Assembly (NCBI GenBank): GCA_905205975.1
Contig: CAJLFQ010000002.1
Coordinates: 10,134-74,133 of the forward strand
DNA from: an uncultured Eubacteriales bacterium
GTDB taxonomy: Bacteria > Bacillota > Clostridia > Oscillospirales > QAMX01
Reading direction: 5' to 3'
DNA length: 64,000 bases
In this document: positions 38,515 to 47,283 of the stretch, piece by piece
Layout: each line of letters starts with the position of its first letter
How positions within the stretch are numbered: position 1 is the first letter of the stretch
Notes under the pieces: model-generated
The model's database searches: none
What the model was told of the DNA's origin: nothing
What the model saw: only the letters and a program-made list of their open reading frames with translations
Translations under genes and position numbers: made by a program

Positions 38515-39807
38515 CTACTGATTCTGCCGGATGATCTGATCGCCCGCCGTCTGAATGTTCGACAGCAGGGTGTTTTTCATGCCGCCCGGCCGTGCGACGA
38601 AAAAGACGTATGGTTCTTCGCCCCGGTTGATGATGTTGGTAAACGCCGCATGATTGAGATACCCCTCGACGGCCACCGTCCGGCGGCAGGCAGAAACCAG
38701 ATTGGAAACGGTGAGATTTTGGATGCTGTCGGGCAGATTGCGGCCATAGGCACCGTCCGGTTCGCCGAGCAGCAGCGCAATCCCGGTTGTGCAGTCCGCC
38801 GGTGAGTTGTCCACCACGTTGTCGATGACGACGTTCCGAATCTGCGCCTCTGCGGGCAGCAGGCGGATCAGACAGCAGACGCCGCTCTGGCAGCGGCCGA
38901 TGACGTTGCGGATGATGATGTTGTAGATGTCGCGTTCCCGCCGGGTCCAGTCGTTGTGCATGACATGCGTCGTGCGGAGGCTTCCGCCCGGCAGCGCGTG
39001 CGGGCTGGCGATGGCGGTCAGCGCGATCAGATCGTCGCCCGTACCGCCGGTGATGTCGGTGACGACGATGTCATGACAGCCGTTGCGCAGGTCGATGCCG
39101 TCCTGATTTTCCGTATTTTGCAGGAGCCCGTCGATTTCGCGTTCCATTTTGGCGTCAAAATCGATTTTTTCGACGCGGCCGTAGGCGCACGCTTCGAGGG
39201 ATATGCCCCAGCCGTGCGATTCGATGATGGTTAGATTTTCGATGGAAAAATGCTCTGCGTTGGCAAACAGAACGCCGATGCCCCGCCAGTCGCCGTAGTG
39301 GGATTCGTTCGGGTTGTTGGCATCGGTGCCGTAGGAATGGTCGTGGCAGTCCCAGAAGTCGAGATTGCCGGACTTGCGGCGTTCCTCCGGAATCCAGTCT
39401 GCCAGCCGGCAAAGATCTTCCGGCTTTTTCGGGCATGGACAGGCCAGAATTTTCGTTCCATCGCCAGTGGCGCGCGGGTGATCGGCGCCCATCAGGACGC
39501 AGCGGCCGACGCCTTTGAGGTGGACGTTCTGGATTTTTGCCGGGTCCGCAATGCCCAACCCGCAGTTGGCCGTGCGGAAGAAGTTGTCCCGGCAGCGGTC
39601 GGAGAGCTTGATCATGCAGTTTTCGAGGATCACGGTCGTGTCGGACGGGATGCAGACCGCCCGGTCCAGCAGCCAGTATGTCCGATCGGGATCCACATCG
39701 GACTGCCGGGGCGGGATGATGACAATGCCGTCCGCTGTGCGGTGCTGAATGGCGCGCTCAAGGGTATCGCTGTCTGTCGCTGCGTAGAAATCATTGGCAT
39801 AGACCAT
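38515..39807 (-). CDS. Right-handed parallel beta-helix (pectin-lyase fold, GH28-like) protein
   Basis: Repetitive beta-helix-like pattern (NVVIDNVVDN, NIIIRNVIG, HDIVVTDITGGTGDDLIAL, NLTIIESHGWGISLE) and no signal peptide. ATG 39807 lies 8 nt after AGGAG (the track GTG at 39816 overlaps the RBS). Confidence 0.7.
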   Translation of the reverse strand: MVYANDFYAATDSDTLERAIQHRTADGIVIIPPRQSDVDPDRTYWLLDRAVCIPSDTTVILENCMIKLSDRCRDNFFRTANCGLGIADPAKIQNVHLKGVGRCVLMGADHPRATGDGTKILACPCPKKPEDLCRLADWIPEERRKSGNLDFWDCHDHSYGTDANNPNESHYGDWRGIGVLFANAEHFSIENLTIIESHGWGISLEACAYGRVEKIDFDAKMEREIDGLLQNTENQDGIDLRNGCHDIVVTDITGGTGDDLIALTAIASPHALPGGSLRTTHVMHNDWTRRERDIYNIIIRNVIGRCQSGVCCLIRLLPAEAQIRNVVIDNVVDNSPADCTTGIALLLGEPDGAYGRNLPDSIQNLTVSNLVSACRRTVAVEGYLNHAAFTNIINRGEEPYVFFVARPGGMKNTLLSNIQTAGDQIIRQNQ

Positions 39808-39897
39808 GGAATACACTCCTTCGTTTTGTCGTGTTCGACTGAACCGCCGGGAAACAGCCGGCTGGAAAATCGGAAACCATCGGGGTCCATTGAGGCT

Positions 39898-39926
39898 ATG
39901 ATACCATATTCGAGCGGAAAAAGCAA
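39898..39926 (-). promoter_or_regulatory. Inward-facing promoter in the right repeat arm (drives the beta-helix gene)
   Basis: The minus strand reads TTGCTT, 17-nt spacer, TATCAT. Confidence 0.6.
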
Positions 39927-40200
39927 GCCGAACGCATTGGATATTGAATCAGCCAGCAGGCCTTTGCCCGCCTTCACCCGCAGAAGAACCATCGGGGAAC
40001 CGCCAGAGCCTTCCCTTCGCCCGCAGCGGGAGCCAGCGGGGGAGCCGCCAGAGCCTTCCCCTGAGAAGGGGAAGGCGGCGAAAACGATTTTCGCTGAAAA
40101 TTGTTTTCGCCGGATGAGATCGAACACAGCGTATCCGCCGACATATACCCGCAGCGCCTCCCCCAACGCACGCCCGCAGCCTGCCTCCAACCACACGCAA

Positions 40201-40235
40201 GAATCCCCGGATTGCCTTTGGCAGTCCGGGGATTC
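40201..40235 (-). terminator. Terminator of the metallophosphoesterase gene (inside the right repeat arm)
   Basis: Same hairpin as 37375-37411, in reverse complement. Confidence 0.75.
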
Positions 40236-40246
40236 CGCATTTCAAA

Positions 40247-41374
40247 TCAGTTCTGCTGGCTGTGGAGCGATGCCGGATCCGGGCAGGCGCGCGCGGTCAC
40301 GCGGCCGTTCTCAGCGGTCAGCACGCCGCCGACGTAGGTTTCGCCGCCGTCATGGCGGAAGGCAGGAATCGACAGCACCGCCGTTGGAAAGTTGGCGTCG
40401 CATCTGTCCGGCGCATGCGGGGGAACCTCATAAACCGTGTGCATATGCCCGGCAAGCAGCAGCTGGATGTTCATCCGGTTCAAAAGGCTCGTCCACGTTT
40501 CGTAGATGTCATCCGCCGGGTTGAACGGCGCGGGCATTTTTTCGACGAACGGCATATGGCAGAAGGCGATTCGGTAAAGCACGCCGGGCGCATCGTATTC
40601 CTGTTCCGCCCGGGCGAGCAGCGATTCCAAAAACTGCGTTTCCCGCCGGCGGAAGGCGCCGCAGTCGATGACGCCGCCGTATTCGACGTGGCTGTCCGCT
40701 TTGTCTTCGCCGCAGTCGAGGACAAGCCCCCACAGCGGACCCTGCTGGAAGGTGTAGAACGTTTCCCGGCGTCCGCCGCGGCATACCGTCGGGATATAAG
40801 CGGGCAGCACGGTCGCCGCTGCGCCGCGCATATCGTGGTTCCCGCGGGCGTTGATGACCGGGCGTTCGCCGTGTACGGCGCCGGCAGACAGGCGGAACGC
40901 CGTATCGAACTGATCCGTGGAATCGCTGGAGCTGTTGAGGTCGCCGTTCAGAAGCAGGATGTCGCAGCCGCCGGACGCTTCGAATGTCTGCAGCGCCGAC
41001 TCGACGCGGCCGTGCGTATCCGCAAACTGGAACAGGCGGAAGGAATCGCCGGACAGCGGGGTAAACCGGTAGGTTTTCCGGACAGTTTCAACACCGACCG
41101 GACGGTTGGAAAGCATTTCCTCATACGCGGCGAACACGACCGTGTATGCGCCGGCTTCAGAGAGCGCCGCGCCGGGGACCGGAATTTTGTGGACGCGCCC
41201 ATACTGGAGCAGGCCGCATTCCTCATCGGTGAAGCGTTCGCCGGCGATTTCAATCCAGCCGATGCCCTTGCGCGCCGTGAGGAAAATGATCTGGTAGTCA
41301 TGCCCGACGGCAAAGACAGAGGGGTCAAAGCGCAGGTCGCCGGCCGCTTCCGGCGTGGTGTGAGCTTCTTGCAT
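40247..41374 (-). CDS. Metallophosphoesterase (calcineurin-like/purple-acid-phosphatase-like)
   Basis: FADTHG, LLLNGDL, ARGNHD and AGHMH motifs. Start at MQEAHTT (41374). The last codons (HSQQN*) lie inside the inverted repeat. Confidence 0.8.
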   Translation of the reverse strand: MQEAHTTPEAAGDLRFDPSVFAVGHDYQIIFLTARKGIGWIEIAGERFTDEECGLLQYGRVHKIPVPGAALSEAGAYTVVFAAYEEMLSNRPVGVETVRKTYRFTPLSGDSFRLFQFADTHGRVESALQTFEASGGCDILLLNGDLNSSSDSTDQFDTAFRLSAGAVHGERPVINARGNHDMRGAAATVLPAYIPTVCRGGRRETFYTFQQGPLWGLVLDCGEDKADSHVEYGGVIDCGAFRRRETQFLESLLARAEQEYDAPGVLYRIAFCHMPFVEKMPAPFNPADDIYETWTSLLNRMNIQLLLAGHMHTVYEVPPHAPDRCDANFPTAVLSIPAFRHDGGETYVGGVLTAENGRVTARACPDPASLHSQQN

Positions 41375-41469
41375 ACGGCACCTCTTCTGTTCGTTTTCTA
41401 TATGATACCTGCTTTGGACGGCGGTGTCAAGACGTTTTGGAAAAAAGAGCCCCTGCACGTGAAAAATGC

Positions 41470-41498
41470 TTGACAACGCCTGCCGAAAAACGTATAAT
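41470..41498 (+). promoter_or_regulatory. sigma-A type promoter
   Basis: TTGACA, 17-nt spacer, TATAAT. Confidence 0.65.
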
Positions 41499-41554
41499 GT
41501 AAACATAGAAACGGATGCAGTTTCTGTATCCGACCATTGAAAGGGAGGCATAAC

Positions 41555-42310
41555 ATGAACAATTTTGATTTCGAAGCGGACTTTGCTGCGGCTGCCGCAG
41601 GCGTTGCGGGGACGGTGCTGGTGCTTTGGCTGATTGCGCTGGCGGCCGGCATTCTGATGATCATCGCGCAGTGGCGGATTTTCAGCAAAGCGGGCGAACC
41701 CGGCTGGGCTTCGCTGATCCCCATCTACAACTTATACGTCCTCTATAAAATCACATGGGGCAGCGGCATTCGCTTCCTGCTCCTGCTGATCCCGCTGTAC
41801 AACATCATCCTCGCCATCCAGACGAATATCCGGCTTGCCCGCGCCTTCGGCAAGGACGACGGGTTTGCCGTCGGGCTGATCTTTCTGCCCAGTATTTTCA
41901 TGCTGATCCTCGGCTTCGGCGGCGCGCAGTACTGCGGCGTGCCGGGCGTTTATCAGCAGCCCTACGGACAGCCGTACGGTCAGCCGTACGGACAGCCGCA
42001 GCAGCCCTACGGACAGCCGCAGCAGCCCTACGGACAGCCGCAGCAGCCCTACGGACAGCCGCAGCAGCCCAACGCCCAGCAGTGGACGTATAACGTCCAG
42101 CAGCAGCCGCAGCAGCAGACATACGCACAGCCGCAGCAGCAGACATACGCACAGCCGCAGCAGCAGACATACACACAGCCGCAGCAGCAGCCGTCCGGCC
42201 AGCCGCAGCAGCAGCCGCAGCAGCCGGCGTTCTGCCCGAACTGCGGTCAGGCGCTCGACCCGAATGTGAAATTCTGCCCGGGCTGCGGACAGCCGACCGG
42301 CAAGGCGTAA
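41555..42310 (+). CDS. DUF5684-like membrane protein with Q/P/Y-rich repeat region and C-terminal zinc-ribbon
   Basis: TM region with IFSKAGEPGWASLIPIYNLYVLYKI, then QPYG / QPQQPYG / QPQQQTYA repeats, then CPNCGQ..CPGCGQ. gggagg RBS before ATG 41555. Confidence 0.8.
   Translation: MNNFDFEADFAAAAAGVAGTVLVLWLIALAAGILMIIAQWRIFSKAGEPGWASLIPIYNLYVLYKITWGSGIRFLLLLIPLYNIILAIQTNIRLARAFGKDDGFAVGLIFLPSIFMLILGFGGAQYCGVPGVYQQPYGQPYGQPYGQPQQPYGQPQQPYGQPQQPYGQPQQPNAQQWTYNVQQQPQQQTYAQPQQQTYAQPQQQTYTQPQQQPSGQPQQQPQQPAFCPNCGQALDPNVKFCPGCGQPTGKA
41957..42226 (+). repeat. In-frame coding tandem repeats (12-nt x3, 21-nt x3.5, 24-nt x3)
   Basis: cagccgtacgg(a/t) units. cagccgcagcagccctacgga at 41993, 42014 and 42035. 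cagccgcagcagcagacatacgca at 42104, 42128 and 42152. Confidence 0.9.
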
Positions 42311-42335
42311 CGCACACCACAAAATCCAAACAACA

Positions 42336-42366
42336 AAACAGCCTGCCCCTTTGGGCAGGCTGTTTC
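42336..42366. terminator. Bidirectional terminator
   Basis: aaaacagcctgccc-cttt-gggcaggctgtttc. Confidence 0.8.
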
Positions 42367-42377
42367 AATTTCTGGGG

Positions 42378-43187
42378 TTATTTTCCGGCGGGGGCCAAGA
42401 GGCGGAGGGCGTTTTGGGAGAGAATTTTTTCGGTCAGCGCGTCGGGCAGATTGAGGGCCAGCAGATACCGCAGCGCGTCTGCCGGGTCGCTCCAGGGGAG
42501 GTCGCTGGCGAAAAGCAGCTTGTCGCTGTCGTGCGCGAGGAGCATGCGTTTCATCTGCGCCGGGTCGAGCGCGAACAGCGAGGTCAGCGAGGTGTCCAGC
42601 CAGACGTTCCGTCCGATGAGCAGGCGTTCGACGTCGTCCCAGCGGCGGGCACCGCCCAGATGTGCGGCGACGAGCTTCAGCTTTGGATATGTGTCCAGCA
42701 CGCGGGCGATGCGTTCCGGCGACGCGTGGATGAAATCCGGGGAAAGGCAGTCCCACCCGGCATGGGTGACGACGAACAGGTCCAGCTCCATGCAGCGCGT
42801 AAAAATCGGGGCAAAGCGCGGATCGTCAATCGCGGTATGCATATAGTCGGGGTGGATTTTGATGCCGGGCAGTCCGGCGGCGGCAATGCCGGTGAGCGTT
42901 TCGTCGATAACGGTCTCGCTGCTCTCCGGGTTGACGGATCCCAGCGCAGTCAGGCGGGGATTGCGGTTCGTTTCGACGGCAAAACGGTTGACGTTTGCGG
43001 TCTGATGGTCGTTGGTTGCGATGTTCAAAACGACGGCCCGGTCGATGCCGGCTTCGTCGAGCCTGCGGATCGTGCCGGAAACGGTGCCGTCGGAATAGGT
43101 ACGCATACCGGCGATGGCGGAAAGCTTTGCCAGCGCGCGCGGGGCGAGTGCATCCGGGAAACAATGGGTGTGGAAATCGATGATCAT
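42378..43187 (-). CDS. Amidohydrolase-family (TIM-barrel metal-dependent hydrolase) protein
   Basis: MIIDFHTHCFP N-terminus (HxH metal motif), VTHAGW and ASDLPW. aaaggaga RBS before ATG 43187. Confidence 0.75.
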   Translation of the reverse strand: MIIDFHTHCFPDALAPRALAKLSAIAGMRTYSDGTVSGTIRRLDEAGIDRAVVLNIATNDHQTANVNRFAVETNRNPRLTALGSVNPESSETVIDETLTGIAAAGLPGIKIHPDYMHTAIDDPRFAPIFTRCMELDLFVVTHAGWDCLSPDFIHASPERIARVLDTYPKLKLVAAHLGGARRWDDVERLLIGRNVWLDTSLTSLFALDPAQMKRMLLAHDSDKLLFASDLPWSDPADALRYLLALNLPDALTEKILSQNALRLLAPAGK

Positions 43188-43283
43188 TGGGCGTTCTCCT
43201 TTTTCTGAAAGCAGAACCATCATACCAGAAATGTGTGAAAATTTACAGCGCCCGGCGCCGGGTCTTTTTCACCCCATATGCAG

Positions 43284-43322
43284 AACCGCCGGGCGCACGC
43301 TGTATGTGCGCCCGGCGGATTT
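43284..43322 (-). terminator. Probable terminator of the GH3 gene
   Basis: ccgccgggcgcac-gctgtat-gtgcgcccggcgg stem. The T-tract is weak. Confidence 0.5.
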
Positions 43323-43338
43323 CAGTATGCAGACCGGT

Positions 43339-45460
43339 TTACCGCGCGGTGAGGCGGAGGCACTCGCGCAGGCCGAGTGCTTTGCTGCGAGCATCCGGCT
43401 GATGGCCGCCGATATGGAAGAAGAGGCCGCCGTCGGCTTCCGTCCGCCGCCCATCCGCGAGTACGGCTTCCGTCCAATATTGCTCTGCATGGAGCGTGAC
43501 GGTTTTGGCTTCGCCCGGCGCAAGTTCGACCGGACAGAGCGCACAGAGCTGGCAGTTCGGCGTTCTCGTGCGGGAATCCCGGAACGACGCATACAGCTGC
43601 ACTTTTTCCACACCGCGCATACCGCCCGTGTTGCGCACGGTGACGGTGACGTCATAGCCGTCTACCGTCTCCGACAGGGAGGCGTTTTCATATGCGGACG
43701 ACGTATATGACAGGCCGAAGCCGAACGGATAGAGCGGGTCATGCGTCAGATAGCGGTATGTTCTGCCGGTCATGGCGTAGTCGGTGAAAGCGGGCAGTGC
43801 TTCGTCACAGTGGTAAACGGTGACGGGCAGACGGCCGCTCGGCGAGAATTGCCCGGCGATCAGCCCGGCGACGGCCAGTCCGCCGACGGCGCCGGGGTAC
43901 CACGCGTGGATCAGGGCGTGTGCCCGCGTGCGGATCGATTCGCCGGGGTCGATGGCGCTGCCGCCCATCAGCACGACGACGACGTCGGCGCAGGCGTCCA
44001 TCACAGCGTCCGCCAGCGCCAGCTGCGCGTCCGGCAGACCGACGGAAACGCGGTCGCCGTTGTCAAAGCACGCGTTTCGCTGACCGTTTTCCTCGCCCTC
44101 GACGGTGCAGTCAAGCCCGAGGCACAAGACGACGGTATCGGCATGTTCGGCATACGTGACGGCCTCGCTGATCATATTTTTGAACCCGTCGCAGTCGTTT
44201 TTGCGCTGCCGCCAGATGTCGCAGCCGATGGCGGACCGGACGTTTTCCGCGCCGAAAACCTGGCGCAGTCCGTCGGAAACGGTGATGTATTCCGATGATT
44301 TCCCGTTGTAGTTGCCCTCCAGCGCAATGCGCGACATGGCGTTTGGGCCGATGACGGCCAGACGGCGCGGTTTTTCCGGGTCGAGCGGCAGGAAACCGTC
44401 GTTTTTCAAAAGCACAAGGCTCTCCTGCGCTGCGGACAGATTGAGCGCACGGTGTTCCGGGCATTCGATTTTTTCAAACGGGATATCGGCATACGGGCGT
44501 TCCGCTTCAAATTCGCCGAGCAGCACGCGGATCGTATAGAGCCGGACGGCTGCTTCCGTGAGGTCTTCCTCCGTGATCAGATCGTGTTCGTAGGCGTCGA
44601 GGAGATGCGCATACGCCTCCCCGCAGTTCAGATGGCAGCCCATTTTCAGGGCTTTGGCACATGCCGCTTCGAGCGAATCCGTATAATGGTGTCCGGCGAA
44701 GATATCTTTGATGGCGCCGCAGTCCGACGTAAAGTAGCCGTCAAACTGCCACTGTGAAAAGAGAATCTCCTGCATCAGCCGCTTGCTGGCGCAGCAGGGT
44801 TCGCCGTTGGTGCGGTTGTATGCGCCCATGACGCCGGCGACACCGGCTTTGACGGCGTGTTCGAATGCGGGCAGATACGTTTCCCAGAGGTCATGCGCGC
44901 TGACTTCGGCGTTGAAGCTGTGGCGGAGCGGTTCCGGCCCGGAGTGTACGGCGAAGTGCTTGGCGCAGGCGGCCGATTTCAGAAAGGCGCCGTCGCCTTG
45001 CAGCCCCTGAATGTACCGGACGCCCAGCACAGCCGTCAGGTACGGGTCTTCGCCGAACGTTTCCTGTCCGCGCCCCCAGCGCGGGTCGCGGAAGATGTTG
45101 ATGTTCGGCGTCCAGAATGTCAGGCCCTTGTAGATGTCATAGTCGCCTTTTGCCTGCGAGCTGTTGTATTTGGCGCGCGCTTCCGTGGAAACGGCGTCGG
45201 CGACGGCCTGAACCCGATCCGGGTCAAATGTGGCGGCCAGCGCGATGGCATGGGGGAAAACCGTCGCCATGCCGGAGCGGGCAAGCCCGTGAGACGCCTC
45301 GTTCCACCAGTTGTATTCGCGGATGCCGAGGCGTTCGATGGCGGGCGCGTTGTAGAGCAGCTGAGACGCTTTTTCCTCAACGGTCATCTGTGCGACCAGC
45401 GCAGCCGCTTTCTGCGCGGCGCGTGCATAATCCCGCGTGCTGTTTTGTCTGTCGTTCATG
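43339..45460 (-). CDS. Glycoside hydrolase family 3 (beta-glucosidase/beta-xylosidase type)
   Basis: WNEASHG, RDPRWGRGQETFGEDP, KHFAVHSGPE, GAYNRTNG and SDCGAI motifs, with a C-terminal Fn3-like domain. aaaggag RBS before ATG 45460. The track start at 45879 is unsupported. Confidence 0.9.
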
Positions 45461-45750
45461 CGTACGCTCCTTTCAGCGTTTGACGCGTTGTCCGGGCCTA
45501 TGCGCCGAACATCAGGCTGTTGATGAGGTGTTCCAGGGATTCCTGACGCCGACCGGCGGAAATCCTGCCTATATTGTACTACACTTTGCCCGAAAATGCA
45601 CGCCGCATATGGGGTCATCACGGAACAAAATCTGCCGTTTCGGCGGCGGCCGGTGTCTGAGGGGCAAAGCATTCTCCTGCGGCGGCGATATGCGCCGGAT
45701 GCTGACAAAAAATAGGACGGTTTTAGTCGTTTATTCTGTTGAAACGTGCC

Positions 45751-45779
45751 TTTACAAACCGTTTCCGTTGTGATATGAT
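45751..45779 (+). promoter_or_regulatory. sigma-A type promoter of the antiporter gene
   Basis: TTTACA, 17-nt spacer, TATGAT, with TGa upstream. Implies a ~95-nt leader. Confidence 0.5.
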
Positions 45780-45873
45780 TATGCTTCGGTGCGTTTGGAA
45801 CCGAGAACGCCTGCAAACGGGGCGAAAACGGCCGAACGCAGCCAAACAGACACAGAAAAAGAGGATGAATGGT

Positions 45874-47157
45874 ATGCAATCACTGATGGGCATCGCCGTC
45901 GCGCTGATGGCGGGCCTTCTGCTTTCCCGCGTGGTCAAGGTGCTGCGGCTGCCTGCGGTCACGGGGTACCTGATCGCGGGGATTCTGATCGGCCCCTACT
46001 GCCTGGGGCGTCTGGGCATCCCCGGTCTCGGATTTACCAAGATTGAAGAGGTCAAGGCGCTGGACGCGATTTCGCAGGTTGCGCTCGGCTTCATCGCATT
46101 TGCCATCGGCAACGAATTCCGTCTGAAACAGCTGAAGCAGACGGGCCGGCAGGCGACGGTCGTCGCCTTCACGCAGGCCATCGCCGCGACGCTGCTGGTG
46201 GATTTGGTGCTGATCGGCCTCCACTTCATCGTCGGCGACAAGCTGCCGATTTCCGCTGCCATCACGCTGGGCGCCATCGCCACGGCGACTGCTCCGGCGG
46301 CGACGCTGATGGTTGTCCGCCAGTACAAGGCGCACGGCAAACTGACCGACATCCTGCTGCCCATCGTCGCCTTGGACGACGCCATCGGCCTTGCGGTGTT
46401 CGCCATTTCGTTCGGCATCGCCAAAGCGCTTCTGAACGGCGAATTCAGCCTGACGGCGATTCTGCTGGAGCCGCTGATTGAAATTGTCCTCTCCGTTGCG
46501 CTCGGCTACGTCATCGGTCTGATCTTCACTTGGTTTGAGCGGTGGTTCCATTCCAACAGCAAACGCCTCTGTCTGTCGGTGACGTTTGTCATTCTGACCG
46601 TTGCGCTGTCGATGCTGGAGTTTGAAGTGGCCGGAATCCGCATCGGGTTCTCGGCGCTGCTCGTCTGCATGATGCTCGGTTCCGTTTTCTGCAACATCTG
46701 CGATTTTTCCGAAGAACTGATGGGGCGCACCGACAGGTGGACAGCGCCGCTGTTTGTGCTGTTCTTCGTGCTGAGCGGCGCAGAGCTGGAGCTGAACGTC
46801 TTCTCCGACATCGCCATTGTCGGCGTCGGCGCCGCCTATATCATTGCGCGGTCGCTGGGCAAGTGCCTCGGCGCTTACGGCGGTGCGCGCCTGATGAAGT
46901 GCGAACCGACCGTCGTCAAATATCTGGGCATTACCCTGCTCCCGCAGGCCGGCGTCGCGCTCGGCATGTCGCTGACCGTCGCCAATACGCTCGGCGCGGA
47001 GGGCGCCATGATCCGGAACGTCTCGCTGTTCGCGGTGCTGATCTATGAGATGATCGGGCCGCTGCTCACAAAGATCGCTCTGACGAAAGCGGGCGAAATC
47101 ACGCCGGGCGCGACCGATGCGCGCGTCTCCTCCGGCGACGATGACGATGCGGAATAA
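45874..47157 (+). CDS. Cation:proton antiporter (CPA2/Kef-type)
   Basis: About 12 hydrophobic segments. N-terminal LPAVTGYLIAGILIGP motif typical of Na+/H+ exchanger family proteins. Acidic C-terminal tail. Confidence 0.8.
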   Translation: MQSLMGIAVALMAGLLLSRVVKVLRLPAVTGYLIAGILIGPYCLGRLGIPGLGFTKIEEVKALDAISQVALGFIAFAIGNEFRLKQLKQTGRQATVVAFTQAIAATLLVDLVLIGLHFIVGDKLPISAAITLGAIATATAPAATLMVVRQYKAHGKLTDILLPIVALDDAIGLAVFAISFGIAKALLNGEFSLTAILLEPLIEIVLSVALGYVIGLIFTWFERWFHSNSKRLCLSVTFVILTVALSMLEFEVAGIRIGFSALLVCMMLGSVFCNICDFSEELMGRTDRWTAPLFVLFFVLSGAELELNVFSDIAIVGVGAAYIIARSLGKCLGAYGGARLMKCEPTVVKYLGITLLPQAGVALGMSLTVANTLGAEGAMIRNVSLFAVLIYEMIGPLLTKIALTKAGEITPGATDARVSSGDDDDAE

Positions 47158-47215
47158 TCGGACGCGCCGGATCCCGTCACTCCATACGTTTTTTTCACGC
47201 TTTCCTGCATACTGA

Positions 47216-47258
47216 AACGGCTTGCCGTCTGTTCATTCCAGACGGCAAGCCGTTTTTT
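47216..47258. terminator. Bidirectional terminator
   Basis: aaacggcttgccgtctg-ttcattc-cagacggcaagccgtttttt. Confidence 0.85.
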
Positions 47259-47283
47259 GATTCAGGAGTTTTTTGATTCAGGA

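Larger units (their letters stand above)
39897..40266 (-). repeat. Right arm of the long imperfect inverted repeat
   Basis: The reverse complement reads tccacagccagcagaactgatttgaaatgcggaatccccggactgccaaaggcaatccggggattc..., then family B units (40131-40200), a family A variant 2 copy (40053-40125), and the promoter. Confidence 0.85.

Noticed and set aside
37344-40266. Calling the inverted-repeat-flanked cassette a transposon or other mobile element.
   Set aside because: No transposase, integrase or recombinase gene, and no recognisable target-site duplication. The arms are composites of elements found elsewhere in intergenic regions. I report it as a repeat structure and hypothesis only.
41957-42226. 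Tandem repeats as a non-coding satellite or CRISPR-like array.
   Set aside because: They are in frame within a well-supported CDS and encode a Q/P/Y-rich protein segment.
43225-43245. Possible Rex operator gtgtgaaaatttacagc upstream of the amidohydrolase gene, and ttgtgaaaaatgaca at about 5447 inside hdrB.
   Set aside because: The right half-site matches TTCACAA poorly (about 3 of 7). The second site is intragenic. Neither is strong enough to call.
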